64,000 bases of DNA from Promethearchaeota archaeon (lineage in GTDB: Archaea; Asgardarchaeota; Lokiarchaeia; Sigyniarchaeales; SOKP01): assembly GCA_048941285.1 (NCBI GenBank), contig JBHLNS010000002.1, forward strand, positions 91,030 to 155,029, given 5' to 3'. The position numbers and the translations under genes are program-made. Under the pieces are notes generated by a model. It did not search any database. It saw only the letters and a list, made by a program, of their open reading frames with translations, and was not told the origin of the DNA. Below are positions 20,244 to 29,210 of the stretch, piece by piece (the first letter of the stretch is position 1; each line of letters starts with the position of its first letter).

Positions 20244-20265
20244 ATATATACTGAATAGTATATAT
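20244..20265. promoter_or_regulatory. Perfect inverted repeat in the divergent promoter, candidate PadR-type operator
   Basis: ATATATACT-GAAT-AGTATATAT overlapping a minus-strand TTTAAATA TATA-like box. Confidence 0.5.
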
Positions 20266-20344
20266 TTAAACATAACTATTATAAAATATATACACTATTT
20301 TTTTATCATATTAATTCAATATTAACTTGATTGGTGAATTATAT

Positions 20345-20788
20345 TTGGGAGAAAATGAAGACATAAAGGTTCAAAGTTTATCAAGATTTTTTATCTTAAT
20401 GTTGTTAAAATCAGAAAATTCTATTACAGGTTATTCTATTCTGAAACGACTTGATAAAGATTTGCATATGACAGCTAGTCCTACCTATGTTTATGATTTT
20501 TTGAAAAAATTAAAGGAGGAAGGATATATTGAAGAACTTCCTACCCCAAAATCAAAAAGATCTAAGGGTTTTAGATTAACTACTTCTGGAAGTGCTTTTG
20601 TCGATAGAATTTTCTCAAGATTTGATAGCTTAATTGAAGTAACAATCCAATCAAAATTAAAAATATGTGCTAGTTGTGGAGTTAAACTTTATGAAGATTT
20701 TCATGTGGAAATAATTCATGGGAAGGAATTAAATTTTTGCTGCAAACATTGTGCAAAAGCATATAAAAACTCCTATAATAGCAAATGA
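20345..20788 (+). CDS. PadR-family wHTH regulator with C-terminal TRASH domain (probable copper regulator)
   Basis: ITGYSI..SPTYVYDFLKKL..FRLT; CASCG...FCCKHC; TGGTGA SD before TTG 20345. Confidence 0.85.
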   Translation: MGENEDIKVQSLSRFFILMLLKSENSITGYSILKRLDKDLHMTASPTYVYDFLKKLKEEGYIEELPTPKSKRSKGFRLTTSGSAFVDRIFSRFDSLIEVTIQSKLKICASCGVKLYEDFHVEIIHGKELNFCCKHCAKAYKNSYNSK

Positions 20789-20862
20789 ATCAATAATTAA
20801 GAATGCTGGAAATCTTATCCGGTTTTAAATTCAATTAATTTAATTATTAAATTAATCAATAA

Positions 20863-21729
20863 TTAATAATCTCCTTTCCAAGTTATTTTATATAATAAAT
20901 CTTCTGTTCCAGGAATTTGAGGATTTTCAAATACCCAATTCCCTTTAATATCTAATTCCTTTGTTGTGAGATCAAAATGACAAACAGCTATTCCAATATC
21001 TAAAGACCTAAATTTACTATATTGTATGAAACGCCTATCTCTAGGATTAATTGAATAAAAGTGAAAAATTCTTTTTTTAAATGCCTTAATAATTCTCCAA
21101 GGTTGTTTATTTCCCGCAGATGGCCCGATCTGAATCATTTCAAGTAATTTTGAATATTCTCCTATATGTTCCTTAATAATTGGATTCTTAAGATCACCTT
21201 CAAAAAACAATTGATCCCATGGTAATCGATTATCTGCTTTCGCAAATGATCGAACCAGCTTCTCTCTTACCGATCTTTGATTGTAATAACCAACTGGAGT
21301 AATAGCAGGTACAATTTCATTTGAAGTACAATGAATTTTCGCAGAAAATAGACTTCTATTGAAAAAGCCACCTAACCAGCAAGTACCTAAACCTAAATCT
21401 GTAGCAGCCAAAACAATAGTCTCCATAAGGTATCCATAATGTTCTCGATCGTATTGAGATCTTTCAACTGCTCCTACTATAAAATCTTGAGCGCCTTTAA
21501 TGAATCCATAAGTCCCTAACTTTTTCTTTTCATTTGGTTCAAAATCTGGAACACTAACAAGGCTAAACCTAATTCTTCCAGAATACTCACTGAAGGGGCT
21601 TTTTAATGGATGATTTTCTAATAATTTAATAAATTTTTCCCTCAAATCATTTTCAAGAGGTTTTCCTGAATAAGTCCTATGAGATGTTCGCTCTCTAATT
21701 ATATCAATAATTGGTTTAGAAAAATACAT
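20863..21729 (-). CDS. Nitroreductase family protein (two-domain type)
   Basis: RTSHRTY, LGLGTCWLG, PSAGNKQPW. Confidence 0.9.
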   Translation of the reverse strand: MYFSKPIIDIIRERTSHRTYSGKPLENDLREKFIKLLENHPLKSPFSEYSGRIRFSLVSVPDFEPNEKKKLGTYGFIKGAQDFIVGAVERSQYDREHYGYLMETIVLAATDLGLGTCWLGGFFNRSLFSAKIHCTSNEIVPAITPVGYYNQRSVREKLVRSFAKADNRLPWDQLFFEGDLKNPIIKEHIGEYSKLLEMIQIGPSAGNKQPWRIIKAFKKRIFHFYSINPRDRRFIQYSKFRSLDIGIAVCHFDLTTKELDIKGNWVFENPQIPGTEDLLYKITWKGDY

Positions 21730-21798
21730 ACTATTACATTGCTTATTTTATTTATATTATTAATTTAAAAATTCTAATTTTAATATACTGAAATTTGG

Positions 21799-22179
21799 TT
21801 ACTTCTTTTTTTCCTTATATTTTTTAATCGCATCTTGCAATCCATCAGCAGCTAGATTACTACAATGCAATTTTATGGGAGGTAGTCCATCTAAAGAATC
21901 AGCAACATCCTGTCGAGTGATTTTGAGAGCCTCATCTAATGTTTTACCTTTAGCTAATTCTGTTACCATTGATGATGTGGCAATAGCAGCTGCACATCCA
22001 AAAGTCTGAAAAGATATATCATCAATAATCTCTTTTCCATTCTTTTCTTTCACTTTAATATAGATATACATTAAATCTCCGCATACAGGATTTCCTACCT
22101 CTCCTACAGAATCTGCATCTTTCATTTCACCCATATTCCTCGGATTTCTAAAGTGTTCCATTACTTTTTCAGAGTATAC
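21799..22179 (-). CDS. iscU: Fe-S scaffold IscU/NifU-N (MisU)
   Basis: YSEKVMEHFRNPRN, NPVCGD, FGC, LPPIKLHCS; start extended to the putative GTA at 22179 (first ATG at 22161). Confidence 0.92.
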   Translation of the reverse strand, partial: VYSEKVMEHFRNPRNMGEMKDADSVGEVGNPVCGDLMYIYIKVKEKNGKEIIDDISFQTFGCAAAIATSSMVTELAKGKTLDEALKITRQDVADSLDGLPPIKLHCSNLAADGLQDAIKKYKEKKK

Positions 22180-22270
22180 TTGCCATCACCTAATTGTCCA
22201 TATAATTCTATGAAATATAATGATAATTTAACTTAAAGATTTATGTTTGATATATTATAAATGAGATTAA

Positions 22271-24574
22271 TCAATTCAATATTAAGAGCTTCCTTTTTTT
22301 AGGTAACGATACTTTTTCAACACCTAATTCTTTAACATACTCCACAACATCAGTTAAATTTTTAGCAGACTGGTGGAAAAAGCAAACTTGTTTTGGTTCT
22401 AAATTATTTATCATTTCTCTTAATTGATTTTTATCTGCATGGAGATTTATTTTGATGTGAGGTGCAAAAGTATTCAGTAAAAAAGCTCGAAACGGCATTT
22501 TCCATGTTTCAGAAAACTCGATTTCATCTGCACCTTCAAGCAGTTCTTCACCGGGCGATTCATGAATCGATCCTGCTAGATATACAAAATTGTGAGGACT
22601 TCGTCCTACAACATTTATTATGTTTCTTATTAGTCCATAAGAAAGATCTGGAGGATGTGAAATAATAATATTATTTTTTTTTCGTAAAAAGTTTAAATTT
22701 GAATGATCAAACCATCTAAATTTTATACTATTAAAGGGATTTGCTTTATCTTTAATTAATCTTGAAATTGGTCCATAAATATATTCATATCGATGGTTTA
22801 TAACTTGGATATTTTTCCGTACCATCATGTCTACATATATATTAGGTCGTTTTTTGAAACCACGCCTTAATTGAAGCTTCCTAAAATATCTCCAAAAGAT
22901 CAACATAAAACTAATTGCTAAACTAGAAGGATCTGCCCCAATTAAAGAATTATCTCCATATTCTGCTTTCTGTTCAAGAAATAATATTAAACTATGAAAT
23001 TGATCAGATATATTCCCAAAATCTTCTTGTGCTGCTGTACCATCGATTAATAAATAATCTACTGGCCGTGAGATTTGTTCCAAAAATCTTTTTGTTCCAG
23101 CAAATGGTGTAATATCAATAAAAGTATAGTCTCCTGTATATAAGAATTTAAAATCATTCACTTTTGCTTGCATCATCAATGCCCCAGGCATATGACCTGC
23201 ATGAAAAAAAGAGAGAAAACAATTGGGTTCTTCAAATTCTATTTTTGTGCCATTTTCCACATAGATTACATTTTTAATTATATTTCGATATTCTTCTTCC
23301 TCAATCTCATTATATTGTTCTTGTTTTAAATAATTTGAATCTCTTAATAGATATAGATCTAAAGTTATACGTGAAGATAAGACAGGAATATCTGGAAACA
23401 TTTTAATTAATTCTTTCAACCCAGAAACATGGTCATAATGACTGTGAGAGATAAAAATGGCATCAATCTTTGGATTCTTGGGAATATTATCATAAATATT
23501 TTCATCAGTATCTTCAGTTTTTGTTTCTTTTCTCTCTTTTTCTGCATCCACAATATTATTAGATAAGTTCTGTAGATACTCTTCAATATATTTAAAATCG
23601 CCTTCCAATTCCTTTTCTTCATCTTTTTCTGAAAGTCCACAATCCAACAATATATTTAATCTTCCTAATCCTAATATGTGACTATTGTGGTTCGGTTTTA
23701 ATATAATAGGATAAATAGTGACTCGGATATCATTCGAATTGCCATCCTTTTCAAGTAGAGATAGATTAGAAAAGTAATCAAGATCATATCTCTTCTCAAT
23801 TTTATCAATTGCAATAGAAATTTCACTTTTACCAACAGGAACACCGGTAATATAAAAGTACCAACCATATTTTTTTACAAGGTTCTCTAAATTTTCATAC
23901 ATCTCATCTCCTAAAAGAGATTTGATTACAATCAATTTATCTTCCTGATAATAAATGATTTTTCTCATACCCTTTTTCTCTTCTGTAGGAACTAATTCAT
24001 TTTTAAAAAATAAGTCATTAAGAACATCCATTATAGGGGTTTGTACTATATCCTCAAATTTAATTAATTTAAGATAGTGTCTATATTCTTTTGTATGATA
24101 AAGTGGACGCATATTTTTTTTTTGTTTTACTATTATTTTCAAATCTTCAAATTGGAATTCTTCTACGCTAATTGTTAATTCAAGTTTTCTTGCTTCTTTT
24201 TTTTTAATCTTATCTTTTTCAAATACGTTTTGTTCTAATTTGTTTTCAGATATAAAGAAAAACCAACCATAATCTCTAACCAACTTAGCACGATTTTTAA
24301 TTATATCTTTTCCACTTGGAGTAATTACGATAATTATTCTTTCAATTTCTGAGTAGATTATTTTAGAAATTGAATTTTTAGTTTTATTTGAGATGAGTTT
24401 ATCTTTAAAAAATAAATGACTAAGAACATTGTCGATTTGTTTTTGAGGAATTTTATTATCGATCATGAATTTAAGATTAATTTTATAAGACTTAATCTTA
24501 AAAGACGCATCCAATTTCTCTTTTTTTTCAATTGGGATAATCCTATCTGAAAATTTAAATTCCTCAGTAATCAT
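22271..24574 (-). CDS. Metallo-beta-lactamase/beta-CASP nuclease with duplicated N-terminal domain
   Basis: LLDCG, SHSHYDH, AGHMPG, YTGD, IDGT and LHAD motifs. Confidence 0.85.
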   Translation of the reverse strand: MITEEFKFSDRIIPIEKKEKLDASFKIKSYKINLKFMIDNKIPQKQIDNVLSHLFFKDKLISNKTKNSISKIIYSEIERIIIVITPSGKDIIKNRAKLVRDYGWFFFISENKLEQNVFEKDKIKKKEARKLELTISVEEFQFEDLKIIVKQKKNMRPLYHTKEYRHYLKLIKFEDIVQTPIMDVLNDLFFKNELVPTEEKKGMRKIIYYQEDKLIVIKSLLGDEMYENLENLVKKYGWYFYITGVPVGKSEISIAIDKIEKRYDLDYFSNLSLLEKDGNSNDIRVTIYPIILKPNHNSHILGLGRLNILLDCGLSEKDEEKELEGDFKYIEEYLQNLSNNIVDAEKERKETKTEDTDENIYDNIPKNPKIDAIFISHSHYDHVSGLKELIKMFPDIPVLSSRITLDLYLLRDSNYLKQEQYNEIEEEEYRNIIKNVIYVENGTKIEFEEPNCFLSFFHAGHMPGALMMQAKVNDFKFLYTGDYTFIDITPFAGTKRFLEQISRPVDYLLIDGTAAQEDFGNISDQFHSLILFLEQKAEYGDNSLIGADPSSLAISFMLIFWRYFRKLQLRRGFKKRPNIYVDMMVRKNIQVINHRYEYIYGPISRLIKDKANPFNSIKFRWFDHSNLNFLRKKNNIIISHPPDLSYGLIRNIINVVGRSPHNFVYLAGSIHESPGEELLEGADEIEFSETWKMPFRAFLLNTFAPHIKINLHADKNQLREMINNLEPKQVCFFHQSAKNLTDVVEYVKELGVEKVSLPKKRKLLILN

Positions 24575-24991
24575 TAAATTAGTGATATATGCCAAATAAA
24601 TTAACAATTATGATTTTCTTATTACGTCTTTAAGATAATTATTAAAATTTAATAATTTTAAAGGTAAAACTTCCTTCTTCAAATATACTACTTTATATAA
24701 TAAAGTAGAGTGAAAATATCCCCATTTACTGATTTAACGTTTTAATTTGAAGTAAATGTGTAATATTTCACATTTCTAACAACATCAAAAACTCTGTATT
24801 AGTTTTTATTCTAATAATAATAACTACTATTTTTATAATAATCTTAGTCAGTTCTATAATGAGTTAGTTGGACTAAATGCATTTTTTTTATGTTTTTAAA
24901 AGGATTAATGATTCAAATTAAAAAAAAGGATAAATAACCTTCAAAATTTTTTAATATATTTTTCTTCAATATATCATTTAAATGCTTAAGT

Positions 24992-25402
24992 TTACTTGTA
25001 TTTATTAAGTTTAACTTTTTTTAGTGCTGTATTTAAGTCTTCAATAGAATAACCTCTATCTTTTAAACCCTTCATAACAGTACCAAAATTGAGACCTTTA
25101 AGAATATCATTTAAATTTTCTTTCGAGATTTCAATTCCTAATTCAAGTGGTTGAGGTTTTAATGTGTAAATTATTCTTGTTATCTCTTCAAATCTAGGTA
25201 ATAAGAATGTTTCTATTCTATAACTAAATTTTGGAGATACCATTGGAGCTACCGATTGTAAATCTATGCATTCAGCAAGTGCATTAATTTGCTTTATACT
25301 CAATGTTACAATTCCGTATTCTTTTCCTTTTTTTTTAAAATTGTTTTTTATAAAAATCACATTATTTTCAAAAATAGCATATTCATATTCATTTCCATCC
25401 AT
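24992..25402 (-). CDS. Hypothetical protein
   Basis: 136-aa ORF with a G-rich SD-like upstream sequence. Confidence 0.6.
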   Translation of the reverse strand: MDGNEYEYAIFENNVIFIKNNFKKKGKEYGIVTLSIKQINALAECIDLQSVAPMVSPKFSYRIETFLLPRFEEITRIIYTLKPQPLELGIEISKENLNDILKGLNFGTVMKGLKDRGYSIEDLNTALKKVKLNKYK

Positions 25403-25444
25403 TATTTAATCCCCACTTTCATATTCATAATTTTATTTAGGCTT

Positions 25445-26104
25445 TTATTCAACTAATTTTATTAATTTAATAAGATCTATTGGCCCATTGACATTGATTA
25501 AGCTTACTAAATTTTTATCTAATTTTTGAATAGAGTTTTCTACAGAGACATAATTTACGTTCCAATTCTTATCTATAAAATTAATCAATCCATAATTTTC
25601 AGTAATTAAAATTTCTTTCGCTTTTTGAAACCCCTTTTCAACGGGATAAATCGCGAAAAAAGGTTCTAAGAAACCATTTTTCCATCTAGGAATACAGCAA
25701 TCAAATCCTATTGATTCTTTAATCATTAGATTAATTACTTCTGGATTAATTAAAGGCATATCACAGGATAATAAAAATATTTTTTCAAAACCCAAATTAT
25801 TGAGTTCTTTAAACCCAGAATAAATTCCTAACATAGGTTTATAGATTTTGGAATGACCAAAAATTTCTCTATCATCTACAATGAAATTAACATCTTTAGG
25901 AAAATCTATTTGTTTTTTATAATTAAAGATTTGTTCATCAGAATGAGCAACTAAATAGATATCTTGATCAAATTTTGATAAAATGTCTAATTGATGTAAA
26001 ATTAATGGTTTTCCATAAAATTCAATAATTGGTTTTTCAATACCAAAACGAGTACTTTTTCCACCAATTAAAATGAGAATTGCTAAATCTTTTTGACTAT
26101 TCAT
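25445..26104 (-). CDS. mobA: Molybdenum cofactor guanylyltransferase
   Basis: ILIGGKSTRFG, SCDMP, EPFFAIY, NVN. Confidence 0.88.
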   Translation of the reverse strand: MNSQKDLAILILIGGKSTRFGIEKPIIEFYGKPLILHQLDILSKFDQDIYLVAHSDEQIFNYKKQIDFPKDVNFIVDDREIFGHSKIYKPMLGIYSGFKELNNLGFEKIFLLSCDMPLINPEVINLMIKESIGFDCCIPRWKNGFLEPFFAIYPVEKGFQKAKEILITENYGLINFIDKNWNVNYVSVENSIQKLDKNLVSLINVNGPIDLIKLIKLVE

Positions 26105-26246
26105 TCTTCTATTTTCTGTTTTAATTAATCTGAAGATCTGTTTTTATTTTTCTATGCTTTTATGTGTTTTATATAAAAGATGAAAAGAATTTCTAAAAAA
26201 AACTATTTAGATTTTTGTACGAAAGCTCTGAATTTTTTATTCACAT

Positions 26247-26384
26247 TTAATATTCCTCGTCGTCTGCGTCCCAATCGTCGTCGTCATCTTCGTCCCATTC
26301 CTCGTCGTCATCTTCGTCCCAATCATCATCATCGTCAACATCCTCATCCCAATCCTCATCTTCATCTTTCTTTTTTCCAGTCAT
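26247..26384 (-). CDS. 45-aa hyperacidic Asp/Glu-Trp repeat micro-protein (absent from the ORF track)
   Basis: MTGKKKDEDEDWDEDVDDDDDWDEDDDEEWDEDDDDDWDADDEEY; GGAG SD; synonymous GAT/GAC variation between repeats. Confidence 0.75.
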   Translation of the reverse strand: MTGKKKDEDEDWDEDVDDDDDWDEDDDEEWDEDDDDDWDADDEEY

Positions 26385-27211
26385 TTTATATCTCCATTAT
26401 TTTTTATTTATTCTACATTAAAATAATCTTATGTTTTCAATTACGATTAAAAACTTATTATATATTTAAATGTTTCTAATTTTAATAACAATATTTAAAA
26501 TAAAAAAGCTTAATTGATATTTCAATATAATAAAACTTATTAATGGGTACTTATATTGCTTTTAACCATTGATTTTTATCATATTTAAAATTATGCTACT
26601 CATTTTAAATAAAAATAAGGTTTAATCCACGATAAAAATCTTATGGTTTATACCTTTTTTAAAACCTTTAATAAATCTGAGAATATTTTTACTATTAGTT
26701 AGAAAGCAAAACTCTATTTTTTTTTATATAAAATTCAATTCCTTTTAAAAATAATGGTAAAATTTTTAGCAGAAATCACTCAATATTGTAAAATAAGTTG
26801 AGAAAGAAGAAATTATGTTAAATCAAATTCACATTTATTTCCTTATGATTAAAACTTAAATTATGCCTAGGATTAATGGATTATATTTCTAATGAAAAGA
26901 GAATTAGTGATAATAAATTTAGTTTTACCAATCATTATTAGATAGAAATATTTTTAAATTAGCTTAATCTTATTTAACTTCAAATATAACCTTTTAATTA
27001 AATTATATATAATCAAATTTAAACAACATATCTCAAGGATCCGTTAAAACTGTAGATGATATATAATATTAACAGTAATATATTAAGAAATCTTAATCCT
27101 AATATTAATCTTTTCCGAGATTGTTTAAAAGTCTTTAGCTTTTTTTTAAGTTATTTAAGGTTTATTTTATTCATTTTTTATCAAAATTACAAACTTATTT
27201 AATTAATAATA

Positions 27212-29143
27212 ATGACAACCCAAAATAGAAGTACAAATATTAAAAAAAAAAATTTTGAAAGTAAAGAAAAAAATACACCAAAATGTTTAGGTCCTGTTCC
27301 AGACTTAGAGAACTATGTTAAGAAGGATTGGTGGAAAAGAATATTTAACGCTTATTATTTAAAAACAGATGGTGATGTTGTCGACGATCAAAAAATCACT
27401 CAATTTGAAGCAAAATATTTTACTAAAGTTATGAACTTTCAACAAGATCATCATATTCTTGACCTTTGCTGTGGTCAAGGAAGACATTCAATAGAATTAG
27501 CTAATAAAGGTTTTAAACATATATTTGGACTAGATCGTTCAAGGTTTTTGATTCAAAAAGCTAAATCAGATGCTAAAAAAAAAGGTGTGATTTGTAGATT
27601 TCGTGAGGGTGATGCAAGAAAACTACCGTATAGTCCTGATTCATTTGATTCTGTTATGATTTTAGGCAATAGTTTTGGATATTTTGAATCTATAAATGAT
27701 GATGTTATGGTTCTTAAAGAAGTTTTTCGTGTTTTAAAACCTTGGGGAAATATATTAATTGATATTACAGATGGAGAATATATTAAAAAAAACTTTCAGC
27801 AACGTTCATGGGAATGGATTGATAAGAATCTTTTCGTGTGTAGGGAAAGATCTTTATCTTTAGACAAACAAAAATTAATTTCAAGAGAGGTAATAACTCA
27901 TGTGAATAAAGGAGTATTAGTTGATCAATTTTATTCTGAAAGACTGTACTCTAAAAATGGCATTTCAAAATTATTAAAAAAAGCAGGTTTTAGTGATATA
28001 ACCTTTCATGACACAATCACTCCTGAATCTCAGAGGGATCAAGATTTAGGTATGATGGAAAAAAGAATTATTATTAGTGCTAAGGTTAAAAAAGAATGGA
28101 CATTGGTTAAAAAGAAGGATATAAAAGTCGGAAGAAACATAGTTGTAGTTTTTGGAGACCCTAATAAACCAGATTTACTTAAACCTTTAAAAAAATTTGA
28201 TGATGATGATTTCTATACAATAAATCAATTAAAAGCGGCATTAAAGGAATTAAATGAGTATAATTTTACATATATTGATAACCACACTACTCTTCTTCAA
28301 GATTTACGAAATTTAAAGGGAAAAACTGATTTTATATTTAATTTATGTGATGAAGGTTATTTAAATGATGCTAGAAAGGAATTACACATACCTGCATTAT
28401 TAGAAATTTTAAATATTCCTTTTACTGGATCCGGCCCTCAATGTCTCGCTTTTTGTTATGATAAATCGTTAGTAAGAGGTATTGCAAAAGAATTAGGCAT
28501 TCCGGTTCCTGAAGCTATTTATATTAAGCCTGAAGATAAAATTATTGATTTACCTTTATATTTTCCAGCAATTGTGAAGCCTAATTTTGGGGATTCAAGC
28601 TTTGGGATCACTCAGAATAGTGTAGTCTCCAATGGAGAAGAATTATTAAGTGCAATTTCAGAAATCCGTGAAAAATTTGGATATGATAAACCAATTTTAA
28701 TTGAACAATTTCTTACTGGAAAGGATCTAAGCCTTGGAATTATTGGAAATCCACCTGATAATTACTTTATTCTTCCTATAATTGAAGAAGACTACTCAAA
28801 TCTACCTCCAGAATTACCAAAAATATGTGGTTATGAAGCAAAATGGTTGCCAGATTCTCCATATTGGAATATTAAATCAATTCCAGCAAGTCTTCCGCAA
28901 AATATAATTGAAATAATAGAAACTTGTTCTGTTAAACTATTTGAAAGATTAGAGTGCCAAGATTATGCTCGTTTTGATTGGCGTTTGGATACTAATGGAA
29001 ATCCAAAGCTTCTAGAAGTTAATCCCAATCCCGGTTGGTGTTGGGATGGTCATCTCGCAAAAATGTGTAATTTTGCTGAGTTGCCATATAAAGATATGCT
29101 TAAAAAAATATTAGAAGTGGCAGCGAATAGAATTGGATTCTGA
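27212..29143 (+). CDS. Class I SAM methyltransferase fused to a Ddl-like ATP-grasp ligase
   Basis: ILDLCCGQGRH, GDAR; VKPNFGDSSFGI, EQFLTG, RFDWR, LEVNPNPG. Confidence 0.9.
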   Translation: MTTQNRSTNIKKKNFESKEKNTPKCLGPVPDLENYVKKDWWKRIFNAYYLKTDGDVVDDQKITQFEAKYFTKVMNFQQDHHILDLCCGQGRHSIELANKGFKHIFGLDRSRFLIQKAKSDAKKKGVICRFREGDARKLPYSPDSFDSVMILGNSFGYFESINDDVMVLKEVFRVLKPWGNILIDITDGEYIKKNFQQRSWEWIDKNLFVCRERSLSLDKQKLISREVITHVNKGVLVDQFYSERLYSKNGISKLLKKAGFSDITFHDTITPESQRDQDLGMMEKRIIISAKVKKEWTLVKKKDIKVGRNIVVVFGDPNKPDLLKPLKKFDDDDFYTINQLKAALKELNEYNFTYIDNHTTLLQDLRNLKGKTDFIFNLCDEGYLNDARKELHIPALLEILNIPFTGSGPQCLAFCYDKSLVRGIAKELGIPVPEAIYIKPEDKIIDLPLYFPAIVKPNFGDSSFGITQNSVVSNGEELLSAISEIREKFGYDKPILIEQFLTGKDLSLGIIGNPPDNYFILPIIEEDYSNLPPELPKICGYEAKWLPDSPYWNIKSIPASLPQNIIEIIETCSVKLFERLECQDYARFDWRLDTNGNPKLLEVNPNPGWCWDGHLAKMCNFAELPYKDMLKKILEVAANRIGF

Positions 29144-29210
29144 CATTAAGATTTTTAACAGTGAGTATTTTTATTCCAATTAATTTGAGCGTTAGAAAAT
29201 TCCATTAAGA

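Noticed and set aside
26255-26365. Short tandem DNA repeats that could suggest a CRISPR array or microsatellite
   Set aside because: There are no unique spacers; the ~24-bp periodicity is explained by the coding repeat, and no cas genes are present.
26180-26479. 99-aa plus-strand ORF rich in Arg/His/Pro
   Set aside because: It is the antisense shadow of the Asp/Glu-Trp micro-protein, which has an SD and coherent synonymous variation.
26480-27010. Long, very AT-rich intergenic tract as a possible replication origin
   Set aside because: No ORB-like repeats with G-strings and no adjacent orc1/cdc6 gene were recognised.
28130-29143. D-Ala-D-Ala ligase as evidence of peptidoglycan
   Set aside because: It is fused to a methyltransferase and there are no mur genes in the window; only the fold is supported.
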